Below, one piece after another: positions 44,502-54,711 of a DNA stretch of 61,636 bases. A program made the translations under genes and the position numbers. The number at the start of each line of letters is the position of its first letter. Position 1 is the first letter of the stretch. Under the pieces are notes generated by a model that ran no database searches, was not told where the DNA came from, and worked only from the letters and a program-made list of their open reading frames with translations. The stretch is from Abditibacteriaceae bacterium (GTDB lineage: Bacteria; Armatimonadota; Abditibacteriia; Abditibacteriales; Abditibacteriaceae). The stretch covers positions 1 through 61,636 of the forward strand of contig JANPJS010000292.1 of assembly GCA_031425655.1 (NCBI GenBank), in the 5' to 3' direction.

Positions 44502-45764
44502 ATGCATAGAAAGAAATTTGCGAAGTCCGCGACTCAGTCCGGCTTGAACCTCATTGGTTGTGGCCTGTTGCTTGGCCTGCTGCCGACGTTGAGCATCCCG
44601 GCAGGCGCCGCCGACACGAAGGCGGCTTTGTCCGCCCTCGGATTGACGGTTGTTGCCGTCGACGGCGTCAAAAGCCGGAGCGCTACCGTTGGAGTTTTGG
44701 AATCCGGCGCGGTAGATTCGCTGACTCATTCCACCATTGAACATGATTTCACCTTACGCAACGATAGCAAGGCGCCGATTGTAATCGGGCGTCTCCAGCC
44801 GACGTGTGGTTGCACCAGTGTCTTGTTAGGCGAGGCCAAGGAAACGACCAAAACACTGGCTCCCGGCGAACAAGTCAAGGTGCACGCGTCCGTAAATATC
44901 GGCAACTTTCACGGCAGCATTTATAAGGCGATTCGGGCGATGGCCGAGGACAATAAAACGGTGCTGGCGACGATGGAAATCAGCGCTATCATCAAAGACC
45001 CCATCAGCTTTTCGATGAACCAGATTCGGTTTGACAATGTCGTCGCAGGCACTTCACGCTCCATGCCGCTGACTGTGACTGTTGATCCGCGTTTGGCCGC
45101 CATGGGAACGCTCCCGCAACTGGTTTCCTCGAACCCGGATATTCAAGTCGCATTGGTGGCCTCAGAGAAAGTCGAAGACGGCAAAAACAAAGGGGCCGAA
45201 ACCAATCCGCCCGTTGGTGCAGCCGCCGAGCAGCGTTATACCGTGACGGTAGCGCCCCAAACGCCCGGCGGATTGCTGAGCGGCACGATTTCCTTCTCGC
45301 CGCTTGCTGCCAAAAGCACCCCGCCTGCGGCTTCTGCCACGACACCGGCGCAGCCCGGCGCGATTACGCTTAGCCCAGAAGCGCTATCGGCGATTTTGCA
45401 GAAGACAACGCTTGATGTAGCCGGTGAAGTGGTTGGTAACATCAAAGCGGCACCGAGCATGGTTGTCTTCGGCACCGCCAAAGATTCCAAGCAGCAAGTC
45501 ACCCTGACCGGCACGACGCCCCAGGCTTTGGGAAATCTCCAGGTCGCTTCTTCCAATCCGTGGGTGCTTGTGCGCCTGACGCCTGCGTCACCGGCCACCG
45601 GAGCCGCTGATAAGCAGACGGCAAGCTTGGAATTATCAATAAAACCAGATGCGCCTGTTGGCGGTTTGCAAGCGCAAGTGCTGATCACCAACGCGGCGGG
45701 CGAACGCCTGCGGCTGCCGGTTTCCGCTTACATCGCGCCCGCACCGGCCCCGGCGACTCCGTAA
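44502..45764 (+). CDS. Secreted DUF1573-like Ig-fold protein (start may be 44469)
   Basis: Signal peptide; HDFTLRN...IGRLQPTCGCT...LAPGE. Confidence 0.78.
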   Translation: MHRKKFAKSATQSGLNLIGCGLLLGLLPTLSIPAGAADTKAALSALGLTVVAVDGVKSRSATVGVLESGAVDSLTHSTIEHDFTLRNDSKAPIVIGRLQPTCGCTSVLLGEAKETTKTLAPGEQVKVHASVNIGNFHGSIYKAIRAMAEDNKTVLATMEISAIIKDPISFSMNQIRFDNVVAGTSRSMPLTVTVDPRLAAMGTLPQLVSSNPDIQVALVASEKVEDGKNKGAETNPPVGAAAEQRYTVTVAPQTPGGLLSGTISFSPLAAKSTPPAASATTPAQPGAITLSPEALSAILQKTTLDVAGEVVGNIKAAPSMVVFGTAKDSKQQVTLTGTTPQALGNLQVASSNPWVLVRLTPASPATGAADKQTASLELSIKPDAPVGGLQAQVLITNAAGERLRLPVSAYIAPAPAPATP

Positions 45765-45799
45765 AGAGGCCTCACGAAAATCACAAAGGAGTAGGGAAG

Positions 45800-46297
45800 A
45801 TGATACGACACAGGTCAATAGGTTTATGCGCCGGCATCGTGCTGCTGGGCGCTGTGGGTTGCACGAAGCAAGACGCGAATGTAGATAATGCTGCGGATAG
45901 CAGTTCGGTGCCAGCCACCAAGCCAACCGCGCCAAAAGCGGGAGCACCAAAAGCGGGAGCACCAAAAGCGGGACCACCAAAAGTGATAGCACCAAAGCCC
46001 GCAGGCCAGAAACCAGGCGGTCAGAAGCCAGCCGCATTGGCGCCGAAAATGACCAAAACACAAACGTTAGGCGTGGATATAATCAAGGCGATTAGTCGCG
46101 ATCCCAAACTCAAAGGCGCACGGATTAGCGTTGGCACCACCAACGATACGGTGAGCTTGGAAGGCACAATCATCACGCCGGGGCAAAGCAAGCAAGCCGA
46201 GAGCATCGCCCGCCAGAAATCACCCGGCTATAAGCTGGTAAACCATTTAAAAACCGCGTCCGCAACTCCAAGTGGCAAGCCCCAAACGAAAAAATAG
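45800..46297 (+). CDS. BON-domain lipoprotein with Pro/Lys linker
   Basis: Lipobox AVGC; PKAGA x3; C-terminal ISV..TVSLEG..AESIAR..VNHL. Confidence 0.8.
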   Translation: MIRHRSIGLCAGIVLLGAVGCTKQDANVDNAADSSSVPATKPTAPKAGAPKAGAPKAGPPKVIAPKPAGQKPGGQKPAALAPKMTKTQTLGVDIIKAISRDPKLKGARISVGTTNDTVSLEGTIITPGQSKQAESIARQKSPGYKLVNHLKTASATPSGKPQTKK

Positions 46298-46326
46298 AAT
46301 GGAGCAGGAAGGCCATCACAAACAAC

Positions 46327-46360
46327 AAAGGCGACTGCATGAAAATGCAGTCGCCTTTTT
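46327..46360. terminator. Bidirectional intrinsic terminator
   Basis: aaaggcgactgcat-gaaa-atgcagtcgcctttt between convergent genes. Confidence 0.8.
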
Positions 46361-46374
46361 CGTATTCCGTCAGC

Positions 46375-47202
46375 TTACCCCTTCATGCCCGTCATGGTAA
46401 TGCCCTTAACGAACGTGCGCTGCGTGAAAAAGAAGAGCACTATGAGCGGAACAGTCACGACAGTTGAAACCGCCATCATTTGTCCCCACTGCGCGCCGTA
46501 TTGGCTGCGAAAACTCGCCAAACCCAACGACAGCGTGTATTTGCGGTCGTCGAACAAGTAAATCAGCGGCCCCAGATAATCGTTCCACGCGCCGATGAAG
46601 GCAAACAGCGCAATCGTCCACAACGCAGGTTTTGCAAGGGGCAAAACAATCAGACGATAATTGTCCCATTCGCTGGCGCCGTCCAAGCGCGCCGATTCCG
46701 TCAACTCTTTGGGAATGGTGCGGAAAAACTGGCGCAGCAGAAAAATGTTGAAGGCGCCTCCCAAAAAGTGCGGGACAGTCAGCGGCAAATAGGTGTCGAG
46801 CCAGCCCAACGTCTTGAAAATGCTGAAAACCGGCACCATCGTGACTTGCGGCGGCAAAAGCATCGTCCCAACGAGAAGCGCGAACAAAATCTCGCGTCCG
46901 CGCCACGGAATGCGGCTCAATCCGTAAGCCACAAGCGACGAGGAAAACACCGTCCCAACCACGCTAATCGCGCAAATAAAGAGCGTATTGCCCAAATAAA
47001 GCCCGAAGGGAATCGCGGTCAGGCCATCGCTGTAGTTTTTCCACTGCACAGGCTGCGGAATCCAGACCGGCGGATGAACTAAAATCTGCGTGTCCGGCTT
47101 GAGCGAAGTGCTCACCAGCCACAAAAACGGCGCGATAAACACGATACTGAGCGAAATCAGCAGAAAATAAGTAATGAACGCCTGAAGTTTTTCGGTTCGC
47201 AT
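46375..47202 (-). CDS. Carbohydrate ABC transporter permease (MalG-like)
   Basis: FLLRQFFRTIPKELTESARLDGA (EAA loop), WNDYLGPLIYL; AAGGAG before ATG 47202. Confidence 0.93.
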   Translation of the reverse strand: MRTEKLQAFITYFLLISLSIVFIAPFLWLVSTSLKPDTQILVHPPVWIPQPVQWKNYSDGLTAIPFGLYLGNTLFICAISVVGTVFSSSLVAYGLSRIPWRGREILFALLVGTMLLPPQVTMVPVFSIFKTLGWLDTYLPLTVPHFLGGAFNIFLLRQFFRTIPKELTESARLDGASEWDNYRLIVLPLAKPALWTIALFAFIGAWNDYLGPLIYLFDDRKYTLSLGLASFRSQYGAQWGQMMAVSTVVTVPLIVLFFFTQRTFVKGITMTGMKG

Positions 47203-47218
47203 GAATTTCTCACTCCTT

Positions 47219-47354
47219 CTTTCAATGGAACACGGATTTACCTGCCCAGAGGGCACCCGAAACAGCCACGGATTTACACGGTTCAATCCACAGAAAAATC
47301 TGTGTAAATCCCTGTCGTTTCCGTGTAGGCGAAGCCTCCGTGTCCCATTGAAAG
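47219..47354. repeat. GGAACACGGAT-family palindromic element, copy 4, inside the ABC operon
   Basis: ctttcaatggaacacgga ... tccgtgtcccattgaaag. Confidence 0.85.
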
Positions 47355-47366
47355 CCTTAACTTCCG

Positions 47367-48269
47367 TCAATCGCCGCCGTAATAAACGAAGCGCGCCGAG
47401 CCGCGAAACAGCAACACCGTGATGAAAATCAGCACGACAGCCAAAGCCCACGCCAGCGCGCAGGCGTAGCCCATTTTGAAGAATTGAAACGCGTTCTGGA
47501 ACAAATATTGGGCGAAAAACAGCGTGCTGTCGGCGGGGCCGCCGTTTGTCATCACCATCGGCTGCGCGAAAAACGACGACACGCCGATTACACCCATGAC
47601 CGAAGCAAACAGCAAATGCGGACTCATAAACGGCAGCGTGACGTGACGATAAGCGGCAACCGCTCCGGCGCCGTCCAATCGCGCGGCTTCTTGCAACTCG
47701 ACGGGCACGTCCTGCAATCCCGCTAAAAAAATCACCATCCAGCCGCCCACGCCCCACACGCTCATCAACGAAAGCGCGGCTTTCGACCACGCCGGGTCAC
47801 TGAGCCAGCCCGGCCCCGCGATGCCGACAGCGGCCAGCGCCGTGTTGAGCAGGCCATATTGCGGATTGAGAATCCACAGCCACAAAACCGCGCCTGCGAC
47901 GGCGGGAACGACGCTCGGCAAATAGAAAATCGTGCGAAAAAACGCCATGCCGCGCACTTTCTGATTGAGCAGCGTCGCCAACAAAAACGCCGCCGCGATG
48001 CCCAGAGGAATGGACATCGCGGCGAAAATCACGGTGTTTTTCACCGCGACGCGGAGTTGCTCGTCGTGCGCTAAGACACTGTAATTAGCCAGCCCAACCC
48101 ACTGCGGCGCCTTGAGCACGCTGTAATTGCAAAACGAGTAATACAACGACGCGAAAACCGGATAAATCGTGAAACCCAGCAACCCGATAATGCCCGGCAG
48201 CGTGAAAAGCAGACCGTCGCGCAGATGGTGTTTTTCCAGTTTCGTCATGGGTTTGCGGATGGAAGTCAT
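47367..48269 (-). CDS. Carbohydrate ABC transporter permease (MalF-like)
   Basis: WVGLANY, FRTIFYLPS, FLAGLQDVP.ELQEAARLDGA, MGYACALAW; AAGGA RBS. Confidence 0.93.
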   Translation of the reverse strand: MTSIRKPMTKLEKHHLRDGLLFTLPGIIGLLGFTIYPVFASLYYSFCNYSVLKAPQWVGLANYSVLAHDEQLRVAVKNTVIFAAMSIPLGIAAAFLLATLLNQKVRGMAFFRTIFYLPSVVPAVAGAVLWLWILNPQYGLLNTALAAVGIAGPGWLSDPAWSKAALSLMSVWGVGGWMVIFLAGLQDVPVELQEAARLDGAGAVAAYRHVTLPFMSPHLLFASVMGVIGVSSFFAQPMVMTNGGPADSTLFFAQYLFQNAFQFFKMGYACALAWALAVVLIFITVLLFRGSARFVYYGGD

Positions 48270-48286
48270 ATAGTCCTTGACTAACA

Positions 48287-48349
48287 AGCGACCCCGGAGC
48301 GTGAGTGACGGGCTAAGTTTCAGCCCATCGCTCACGCTCTGGGTTCGCT
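48287..48349. repeat. REP-like imperfect palindrome (CCCGGAGCGTGAG type)
   Basis: agcgaccccggagcgtgagtgacgggct ... agcccatcgctcacgctctgggttcgct. Confidence 0.7.
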
Positions 48350-48357
48350 GTAGCTGC

Positions 48358-49680
48358 TCATTTCGGCTTTTTGCCCAAAATCAAATCCAGTTCGCGCTGG
48401 GTTTCCGCCGTTGCCTGATCCATCGCTTGCTGCGGCGTTTGCTTGCCATAAACCGCGCGGTCAATGGCGCGGTCGAGAGCGCCCATAAAATACGCCTGCA
48501 CCGGCATAACGGGCCGCTGATGCTTCGATTCTTCGAGGATTTTCACGAACATTTTCAATTTCGGGTCGCGTTTGACTTTAGCGATGGCCGGCGAGCGGCG
48601 AAAGCCCGGTAAAAGCCCCATTTCGTCGGCGATAGCCTTCGTGCCTTCGGGTGTAGCGCACATCCAGCGAATGAAATCCCAGCCTTCCTGCGGGTGGCGG
48701 CTGCCGCGCGGCAAACACAGCAGCCAGCCTCCCACCCACGACGAGCCGATTTCGCCGTCCGGCGTGCCCGGCAGCGGTGCGATGCCGTAATCGAGGTTCG
48801 GCGCGTATTTCGTCAGGTCGTGCAGTGTTGAAATATGCACGCACTTCATGCCCAAATTGCCAGTCGAAAACGGGTCGCTGACCCCCGTTCCCCAACCCGA
48901 CGCCGAAGCGTTCACGCGCGTGATGCCGAGCCGTTTAGCGTGCGAAACCATCCATTCGACTGCTTTGACGATTTTCGGATCGTTGGCCGTAATAGTTTGC
49001 GTTTTTTCGTCGTAGAATTGGCCGCCGAAGGCCCAGCCCCATGTAAAAGTGCTGTTGGCCGCGCCATATTGCGACCAGGGAATGATGCCTAACTTGTCCA
49101 AGCGCCCGCCTTTATCTACGGTGAGGGCTTTGGCGATACGATCTAATTCTTCAATGGTGCGCGGCGGTTTTTCGGGGTTGAGTCCGGCGCGGCGAAACTC
49201 GCTTTTGTTCCAACAAAACGCGAAATTCGGGTCGGCGCAATAGGTCATGGCCCAGACGTGATTTTTGTAAAGCGATTGCTTCCAGCACGGCGCGTAGAAG
49301 TCGTCGGGGCGCACTTTGTCGCGTTGAATAAATTCGTCGAGCGGTTCCAGCGCGTTCCACTCGGCCCATTGCGCCACCTGAGTGCCGTCCACGAACGAAA
49401 CATCCGGCGGCTTGCCCGCGGCGACGGCAGTGAAGAACTTCTGATTAGTGCTTAAATCGGTTGGCGTGAAAACAAGGCGCACGCGCGTTTTTTGCTGCAT
49501 CGCGTTGTAGCGCGCGACGATTTTCGCCAAGCCTTTGGCGTTGTCCTGCCCCCACGGATGCCAGACGGTAATCTCGGTTGGCCCGCCGCTCGTGACTTCA
49601 TCCCGCGAACGGCAGCCTCCCAAAAGCAGGGAAAAGCAGCAGAAAAAAATCAACCGGAGCGCAGCTTGGGAACGGGGCAC
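48358..49680 (-). CDS. Sugar ABC transporter substrate-binding lipoprotein (start uncertain)
   Basis: Lipobox LGGC; ITVWHPW, AAGKPPDV, WNK..FRRAGL..PP.T..EL; GTG start inferred. Confidence 0.9.
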   Translation of the reverse strand: MPRSQAALRLIFFCCFSLLLGGCRSRDEVTSGGPTEITVWHPWGQDNAKGLAKIVARYNAMQQKTRVRLVFTPTDLSTNQKFFTAVAAGKPPDVSFVDGTQVAQWAEWNALEPLDEFIQRDKVRPDDFYAPCWKQSLYKNHVWAMTYCADPNFAFCWNKSEFRRAGLNPEKPPRTIEELDRIAKALTVDKGGRLDKLGIIPWSQYGAANSTFTWGWAFGGQFYDEKTQTITANDPKIVKAVEWMVSHAKRLGITRVNASASGWGTGVSDPFSTGNLGMKCVHISTLHDLTKYAPNLDYGIAPLPGTPDGEIGSSWVGGWLLCLPRGSRHPQEGWDFIRWMCATPEGTKAIADEMGLLPGFRRSPAIAKVKRDPKLKMFVKILEESKHQRPVMPVQAYFMGALDRAIDRAVYGKQTPQQAMDQATAETQRELDLILGKKPK

Positions 49681-49786
49681 ACCAAAATGATAGCAAGGAA
49701 CGCGCAGAGCAACATCAAGCGGCTGCGCCTCTCCAATTCTGAGCGTGGTCAAACTCTGCACAAGCGAGGCTGCCTCTCGAAATTTT

Positions 49787-51184
49787 ATGAAACAACTTTT
49801 GCTTTTAATATGCGCTTTGCCACTCCCACTTCTGAGCGCAAACGCTGCGTTTGCAGCGGGCGCAGCGGCGCCGGAGGCCAAAATGAGCTACCTGGATAAC
49901 GGCGAAATTCGCTTAGGCGCGGATTTATCCATCGGCGGCGCCGTAACCTATCTTAGCGATGCAAAAAAGCCCGACAATCTCATCAACAGCTTCGATTGGG
50001 GCCGTCAGGTGCAAATGTCGTTTTATTCCGGCCCGGTGCCGTTTCAACCTGAAGGCAGCAAGTTAGCGCCCGAATGGAAAGGATTGGGCTGGAATCCGAT
50101 TCAATCCGGCGATCATTTTCATCATGGTTCAAAAGTGATTGAACATGATAACGACGGCAAAACCCTGCGCGTAAAGTGCATTCCGATGATCTGGCCGTTG
50201 GATAACATTGCGGCGGAATGCACCTTCGAGAGCATTTATAGGCTCAAGGGCCGCACTGTCGAAGTGACCTGCCGCCTGAATAATCAGCGCGCCGATAAAA
50301 CCCAATATGCGGGGCGCGATCAAGAGCTTCCCGCCGTTTATACCAACGGCCCCTGGTATAAATTGGTGACTTATATGGGCGACAAGCCGTTTACGAATGC
50401 GCCGCCGACCGTCGTGGTGGACAAAAACGACGGCAAAGGCTGGCCCTGGCGCAGATTTTACGCGCCTGAACATTGGACGGCCTTATTAAACAAAGACGAT
50501 TCGGGCGTGGGCGTTTTCAACGCGCAAAGTTATCGCGTCAGCGGTGGCTTCGCGGGCGTCAAAGGCAGCGGCGGCCCCAAAGACGGCCCGACTGGCTACG
50601 CTTCGCCGCTCGCGCAGGAGATTTTAGACCACAACATCGTTTACGAATATCGTTATGTGTTGATTGTCGGCAGCTTGCAGGAAATCCGCGCTTACGCTTA
50701 TCAACACGCGCCGCGACCGGCCCCGCCCAACTGGAATTTCACGCGCGACCGCCAGCATTGGATCGTGGAAAACACCGTTGACGAAGGCTGGCCGATTAAC
50801 GGCGAGCTGCGCGTGCCCTTTGCGCCCAAAGGCGCGGCGATGCTCTCGCCCGTCACGTTTTGGCGCGCCGAGGAAGCGCCGAAATTGTATTTAAATGCTG
50901 CTTTTGAAACCGCCGCAAGCGAAGTGCAAATCGCCGTCGAGCCTTTTGCCGAGCAGGAAGCGCGCGATTGGCCGCAGTGGGGCGAAGGCTCGCAGCGTCC
51001 ACCGAAAACGCAGCTTGCCCCAGTTCGCGTGCCGATTATCGGCGACGGCGTTTATCGCACTTACGAAGTAGATTTAAGCAAGCTCGAAAATTATCGCGGC
51101 GCGATGGTGCGCTTGAAAGTTTTACTTCCAGCAGGGCAGGGCAAAGCGAAAGTGCGCGCGGTTGGTTTTGCCAAGCCCGACTGA
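49787..51184 (+). CDS. Secreted hypothetical protein, possibly carbohydrate-active
   Basis: Signal peptide; NLINSFDWGRQVQMSFYSGP, WNPIQSGD, QELPAVY; Trp-rich; function not recognised. Confidence 0.8.
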   Translation: MKQLLLLICALPLPLLSANAAFAAGAAAPEAKMSYLDNGEIRLGADLSIGGAVTYLSDAKKPDNLINSFDWGRQVQMSFYSGPVPFQPEGSKLAPEWKGLGWNPIQSGDHFHHGSKVIEHDNDGKTLRVKCIPMIWPLDNIAAECTFESIYRLKGRTVEVTCRLNNQRADKTQYAGRDQELPAVYTNGPWYKLVTYMGDKPFTNAPPTVVVDKNDGKGWPWRRFYAPEHWTALLNKDDSGVGVFNAQSYRVSGGFAGVKGSGGPKDGPTGYASPLAQEILDHNIVYEYRYVLIVGSLQEIRAYAYQHAPRPAPPNWNFTRDRQHWIVENTVDEGWPINGELRVPFAPKGAAMLSPVTFWRAEEAPKLYLNAAFETAASEVQIAVEPFAEQEARDWPQWGEGSQRPPKTQLAPVRVPIIGDGVYRTYEVDLSKLENYRGAMVRLKVLLPAGQGKAKVRAVGFAKPD

Positions 51185-51190
51185 GAAGTT

Positions 51191-51412
51191 TTAGAATTGG
51201 TCTGAGAATTCATGACAACCTGACACCGAAGACTTTTCAATAGGACGCGGAGCTTCGCTTCGCGGACGTTGTGCGCTGATTTTCGCGGTTTTTTCGGTAA
51301 AACCGCGCCTTCAAAGCCGTTTCGGGCGCCCTCGGGACAGGACAGCGAAGCTCCGCGTTCTTTTTAAAGCGGCTCAACTCACGATTATTGGTTATTCTCA
51401 GACAGCTTCTTA
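51191..51412. repeat. Nested inverted repeats: degenerate outer TIR-like ends around a REP-like pair
   Basis: Outer ttagaattggtctgagaat / attctcagacagcttctta (15 of 19 complementary); inner gacgcggagcttcgct (51244) / agcgaagctccgcgtt (51344). Confidence 0.55.
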
Positions 51413-51437
51413 AATAATCGAAATCTTCTGCGATGCT

Positions 51438-51538
51438 GTAGGGACGTGATTTATCACGTCCGCTCTCATCAATGGGCGCGTGTGCCGCCTTCATTTCGCA
51501 GGGCGCTTCGCAGCGGACGTGATAAATCACGCCCCTCC
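51438..51538. repeat. GTAG-type REP doublet (REPIN-like)
   Basis: gtagggacgtgatttatcacgtccgct ... agcggacgtgataaatcacgcccctcc; each unit is itself a hairpin. Confidence 0.8.
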
Positions 51539-51567
51539 ATTTTGCCGTTTTTATTTTTCGTGGTTAC

Positions 51568-54500
51568 TTAAACCACGCGCACTTCCAGCTTTTGCCCGGC
51601 TTTGACGACCACTTCAGCGGCGAAAGTCAGCAATGCGCGGCCATTTTCGGCAGACATTTTGGCCGCGATGGGCTTGCCGTCTAACGTCACTTTTGCGGTT
51701 TTGCCGGACGCGCTAAGCGCCAGCGTTTTCAAGCGAAGTCCGCCGGATTTGACCTCAACTTCCGCCTTCCGCCCTCCGCCTTCATCCCTCTGCGAAAAGC
51801 TACCCCAGCCTTCGGCGCTTGTGAAGGCGGCTTTGAAATTCTCCGGCGCGATACGCGGCGCGAAGCCCAAATGCGCTTTCGGGCCGTGATATTCGTAGCC
51901 GCACGTCGCTACGAAAACGCCGTAACTGGCCATCGAACGTGCGTAATGATCGCCGCATTCGACTTCGTTCCACGGATTGCGCCGCGCCGCGTGATAACGG
52001 TCGTGAACCGCGCGTGTGACTGCCAGGCCTTCCTGCACCAAGCCTTCAGCGACCATGTGCCCGGCGGCCTGATATTCAAAGCCGTTCATGCACTCGTTGA
52101 AATAACCCGCTGCCCAATCGGGGCCTTTGCCTTCGGCTTGTTTGTAATCCCAATCGGTGCGCGGAAAGCTGCACATCAGCAACCCGGCTTCGCCCGCCAT
52201 CGCATACCAACGGCCCGGCTTGTAAGCCGCGCGATACGGGCCGACATCGGGCGTAAAATTGTATTTGTAAAGCGAAGCGAGCGCGGTTTTGGTCTGCTCC
52301 GCGGGCAAAACGCGGCCTAATCCCACTTGCCACGCCCAGCTTTGCCCGAAAACCTGATCTATCTCGCAGCCGGTGCCGGAATTGATGGTATCGGCTTTTT
52401 TCGGGTCAACCAAATTCATGTAATATTCGCCGTTGAACAACTGCTCGGTGATGCTCTTCGAGCCGCGTTCGGCGATGGAAGTGCAACGCGCGGCAAACGC
52501 GGGATCGCCCATTTCGCTTGCCATCGCGGCTCCGGCTTGCAAGGCCGCGACGTAAAGCGAACTCAGCCACGCGATTTTGCCATACCACGCCGTGTCCAAC
52601 GTGTTCATCTGGTCGCCTTCCAGCACGCCGTCGCCGTCGGGATCGCGCGCCAAAAGCGGGTCGAAGGCCTTTTTGATTTTTGGCCAGTTGCGCTTCAAAA
52701 ACGCGCCGTCGGGCGTCATTTGATGCTCGCGGTAAATGCGAAGCAGCGTCCCGGCCTGTCCATCTACGGCCAAGTTCTTATCAAACTCGGCGCGAAATCC
52801 CATTACGCCATTTGCTTGGTTAAATGCGATGCCCAAATCTACACGCTCGCGCGTGTCGCGTTCGAGTTCAGGAAAAAGCCTCGCCATCGCTTGCGCGTAA
52901 TGCCAGACGTGCGCGCAGGTGCCGGGACAGCAGCCGACGCCTTCCCACGCATAAAAGCGCCCGTTGGCGAAACGAAAACACGTCGAAGTCGCCAAAATCG
53001 AAGCGTTAAGCAGCGTGCGGTCGAGCAGCCAGAACGGCAGCGTCGAGTCATACCAGGTGTCGTGAAAGAGCTTGGTTTGCGACGATAATCGCGCGAAATT
53101 CGTGGCCACATATTGCGCGACAGCCTGTGCCGAATCGAATTTCGTAGCGTAATAACGCCCGACTTTGCCCAAGCCTTGAATTTCCAGATTCGGGAAATGC
53201 CACGCTAAAACGAAGTCAACTGTTGCCGCTTGACCCGGCGCGAGATTCAATTTGCGGCCAATCGAGCCGACAAGCGTTTCCGAATTGGGCGCCGAAGTGT
53301 CGGCGCCGGCGAAACCGCCGTGCCCGCCCGCAGCCAGCGCAATTTCCGGCCCTGCGCCGAGCAATCCCAACCCCATTGTGCCGAAATCGGGCAGCGTTTC
53401 CAACGCGGCGCCGATGGCCGGCTTGTCGCTAAAAGCAATCTTGCCCACGCCGATATTGCCCCACGCGCCCGTTCCGTTATCAACAATCTCCAGACTGGCC
53501 TCTTTGCCTTTCAAGGCGCGCACATCCAGCGTTTTCAGCGCCATTTTGTTGTTGTCGTTGCCGGATAGGCTCTGTGCGGTTTTGCCGTCTACCATTAAAT
53601 GCAGCGTGGTTTGGCTTTTGTCCGCGCCGCCGCCAATCCAGACGTGAATGAAGTTGCGCTCAATTTTAAAACGTGCGCTGATTAGCTTGCCCGTTGCCGC
53701 GTCGCGGGCGCCTATGTCTTTACCCGACGCTGAGGCGTGCGAGTTCACTAAACGGTCGCCTTCGCCGCCAACATCGCCCTGATAATCCATGATTTCGTTG
53801 CGGCGCAGAGGACGCGTGCCGAACGCCAGCCCTTCGACTGTCCACGGCGCGAAAGCATCGCGGTTCCAGTCCTCAAAAACGATGTCGGGCTGTGCGGTTT
53901 GAACAGGCGCGACAGATTTTTCGACCGCGCAATTCAAAAAGCTGAGATTTTCGCCGCGCACAACTTGGTTGCGCCGCGTCGCGCCCGGCCACGGATTCGC
54001 CCGCGCAACGGCGTTTTGCAGCCAGCCGGCTAATATCGCTTCGACGGGTGCGTTCGAGGTGTTTTTGACGGTGTAGCGCAGAATCGTCGCGGGCAGGCTC
54101 GAATCATCGGCGTTAAGCGGAATAAAGGGCGAAAACGCTTCTAAAGTAACCGCGACGGGGCAATTTGCATCACGGTATTCGACAGTCGCCAGTGGATATT
54201 GGCCGTTGAAAGAAATATCCGCAAACCCGCCGCGCGCAAGATCGCGCGTTTGAGTTTTCCCTTCGGAGGTAATTTGCAGCGCGAAGCCTTGTTCGAGCGG
54301 CGATGAAGGCGTCAGCGGGCCGGCGTAATGCGCGGCGCCCGTGCCGATGTGCTGGTTGAAAATGTCCCAGTGCCACAATTTGCCGTCGCCGCCCAAATAC
54401 ACCTGCCCGGCGCCGATGCCGCCGATCGGCATCCCGATAAAGCGCAGTTCCTCGCCGCGATACAGGGTTGGCGTGCCGCGCTCTGTAAGTGAGCGGAGCC

Positions 54501-54711
54501 ACGCCGCATCTAACTTTTTATCGGAAGGCACCAATTTATCGAAGTCGGCGCGGTCGAACGGCCCGGCCATCACGGGAAACTGCGCCGTGAGCAGAGCCGC
54601 CGCGCCCAGACCGATCAGTTTCACGGCGTCGCGGCGCGAAACGCCGTTCTCAGTTGTGCAGGCGCACGCGGCTCCGCAGCCACTTTGCGTGTCTTCGATG
54701 AGTAATTTCAT
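51568..54711 (-). CDS. GH116-family glycoside hydrolase (non-lysosomal glucosylceramidase-like), Tat-exported
   Basis: Tat motif SRRDAVK; GMPIGGIGAG, AFSPFIP, WEGVGCC.GTC.HVW.Y, DGQAG, NTLD, DQVFGQ, NPWNEVECGDHYARSM. Confidence 0.9.
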   Translation of the reverse strand: MKLLIEDTQSGCGAACACTTENGVSRRDAVKLIGLGAAALLTAQFPVMAGPFDRADFDKLVPSDKKLDAAWLRSLTERGTPTLYRGEELRFIGMPIGGIGAGQVYLGGDGKLWHWDIFNQHIGTGAAHYAGPLTPSSPLEQGFALQITSEGKTQTRDLARGGFADISFNGQYPLATVEYRDANCPVAVTLEAFSPFIPLNADDSSLPATILRYTVKNTSNAPVEAILAGWLQNAVARANPWPGATRRNQVVRGENLSFLNCAVEKSVAPVQTAQPDIVFEDWNRDAFAPWTVEGLAFGTRPLRRNEIMDYQGDVGGEGDRLVNSHASASGKDIGARDAATGKLISARFKIERNFIHVWIGGGADKSQTTLHLMVDGKTAQSLSGNDNNKMALKTLDVRALKGKEASLEIVDNGTGAWGNIGVGKIAFSDKPAIGAALETLPDFGTMGLGLLGAGPEIALAAGGHGGFAGADTSAPNSETLVGSIGRKLNLAPGQAATVDFVLAWHFPNLEIQGLGKVGRYYATKFDSAQAVAQYVATNFARLSSQTKLFHDTWYDSTLPFWLLDRTLLNASILATSTCFRFANGRFYAWEGVGCCPGTCAHVWHYAQAMARLFPELERDTRERVDLGIAFNQANGVMGFRAEFDKNLAVDGQAGTLLRIYREHQMTPDGAFLKRNWPKIKKAFDPLLARDPDGDGVLEGDQMNTLDTAWYGKIAWLSSLYVAALQAGAAMASEMGDPAFAARCTSIAERGSKSITEQLFNGEYYMNLVDPKKADTINSGTGCEIDQVFGQSWAWQVGLGRVLPAEQTKTALASLYKYNFTPDVGPYRAAYKPGRWYAMAGEAGLLMCSFPRTDWDYKQAEGKGPDWAAGYFNECMNGFEYQAAGHMVAEGLVQEGLAVTRAVHDRYHAARRNPWNEVECGDHYARSMASYGVFVATCGYEYHGPKAHLGFAPRIAPENFKAAFTSAEGWGSFSQRDEGGGRKAEVEVKSGGLRLKTLALSASGKTAKVTLDGKPIAAKMSAENGRALLTFAAEVVVKAGQKLEVRVV

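Noticed and set aside
46375..47790. 471-aa extended permease ORF
   Set aside because: The extension runs through the repeat element and overlaps the upstream permease; the real start is 47202 with an RBS.
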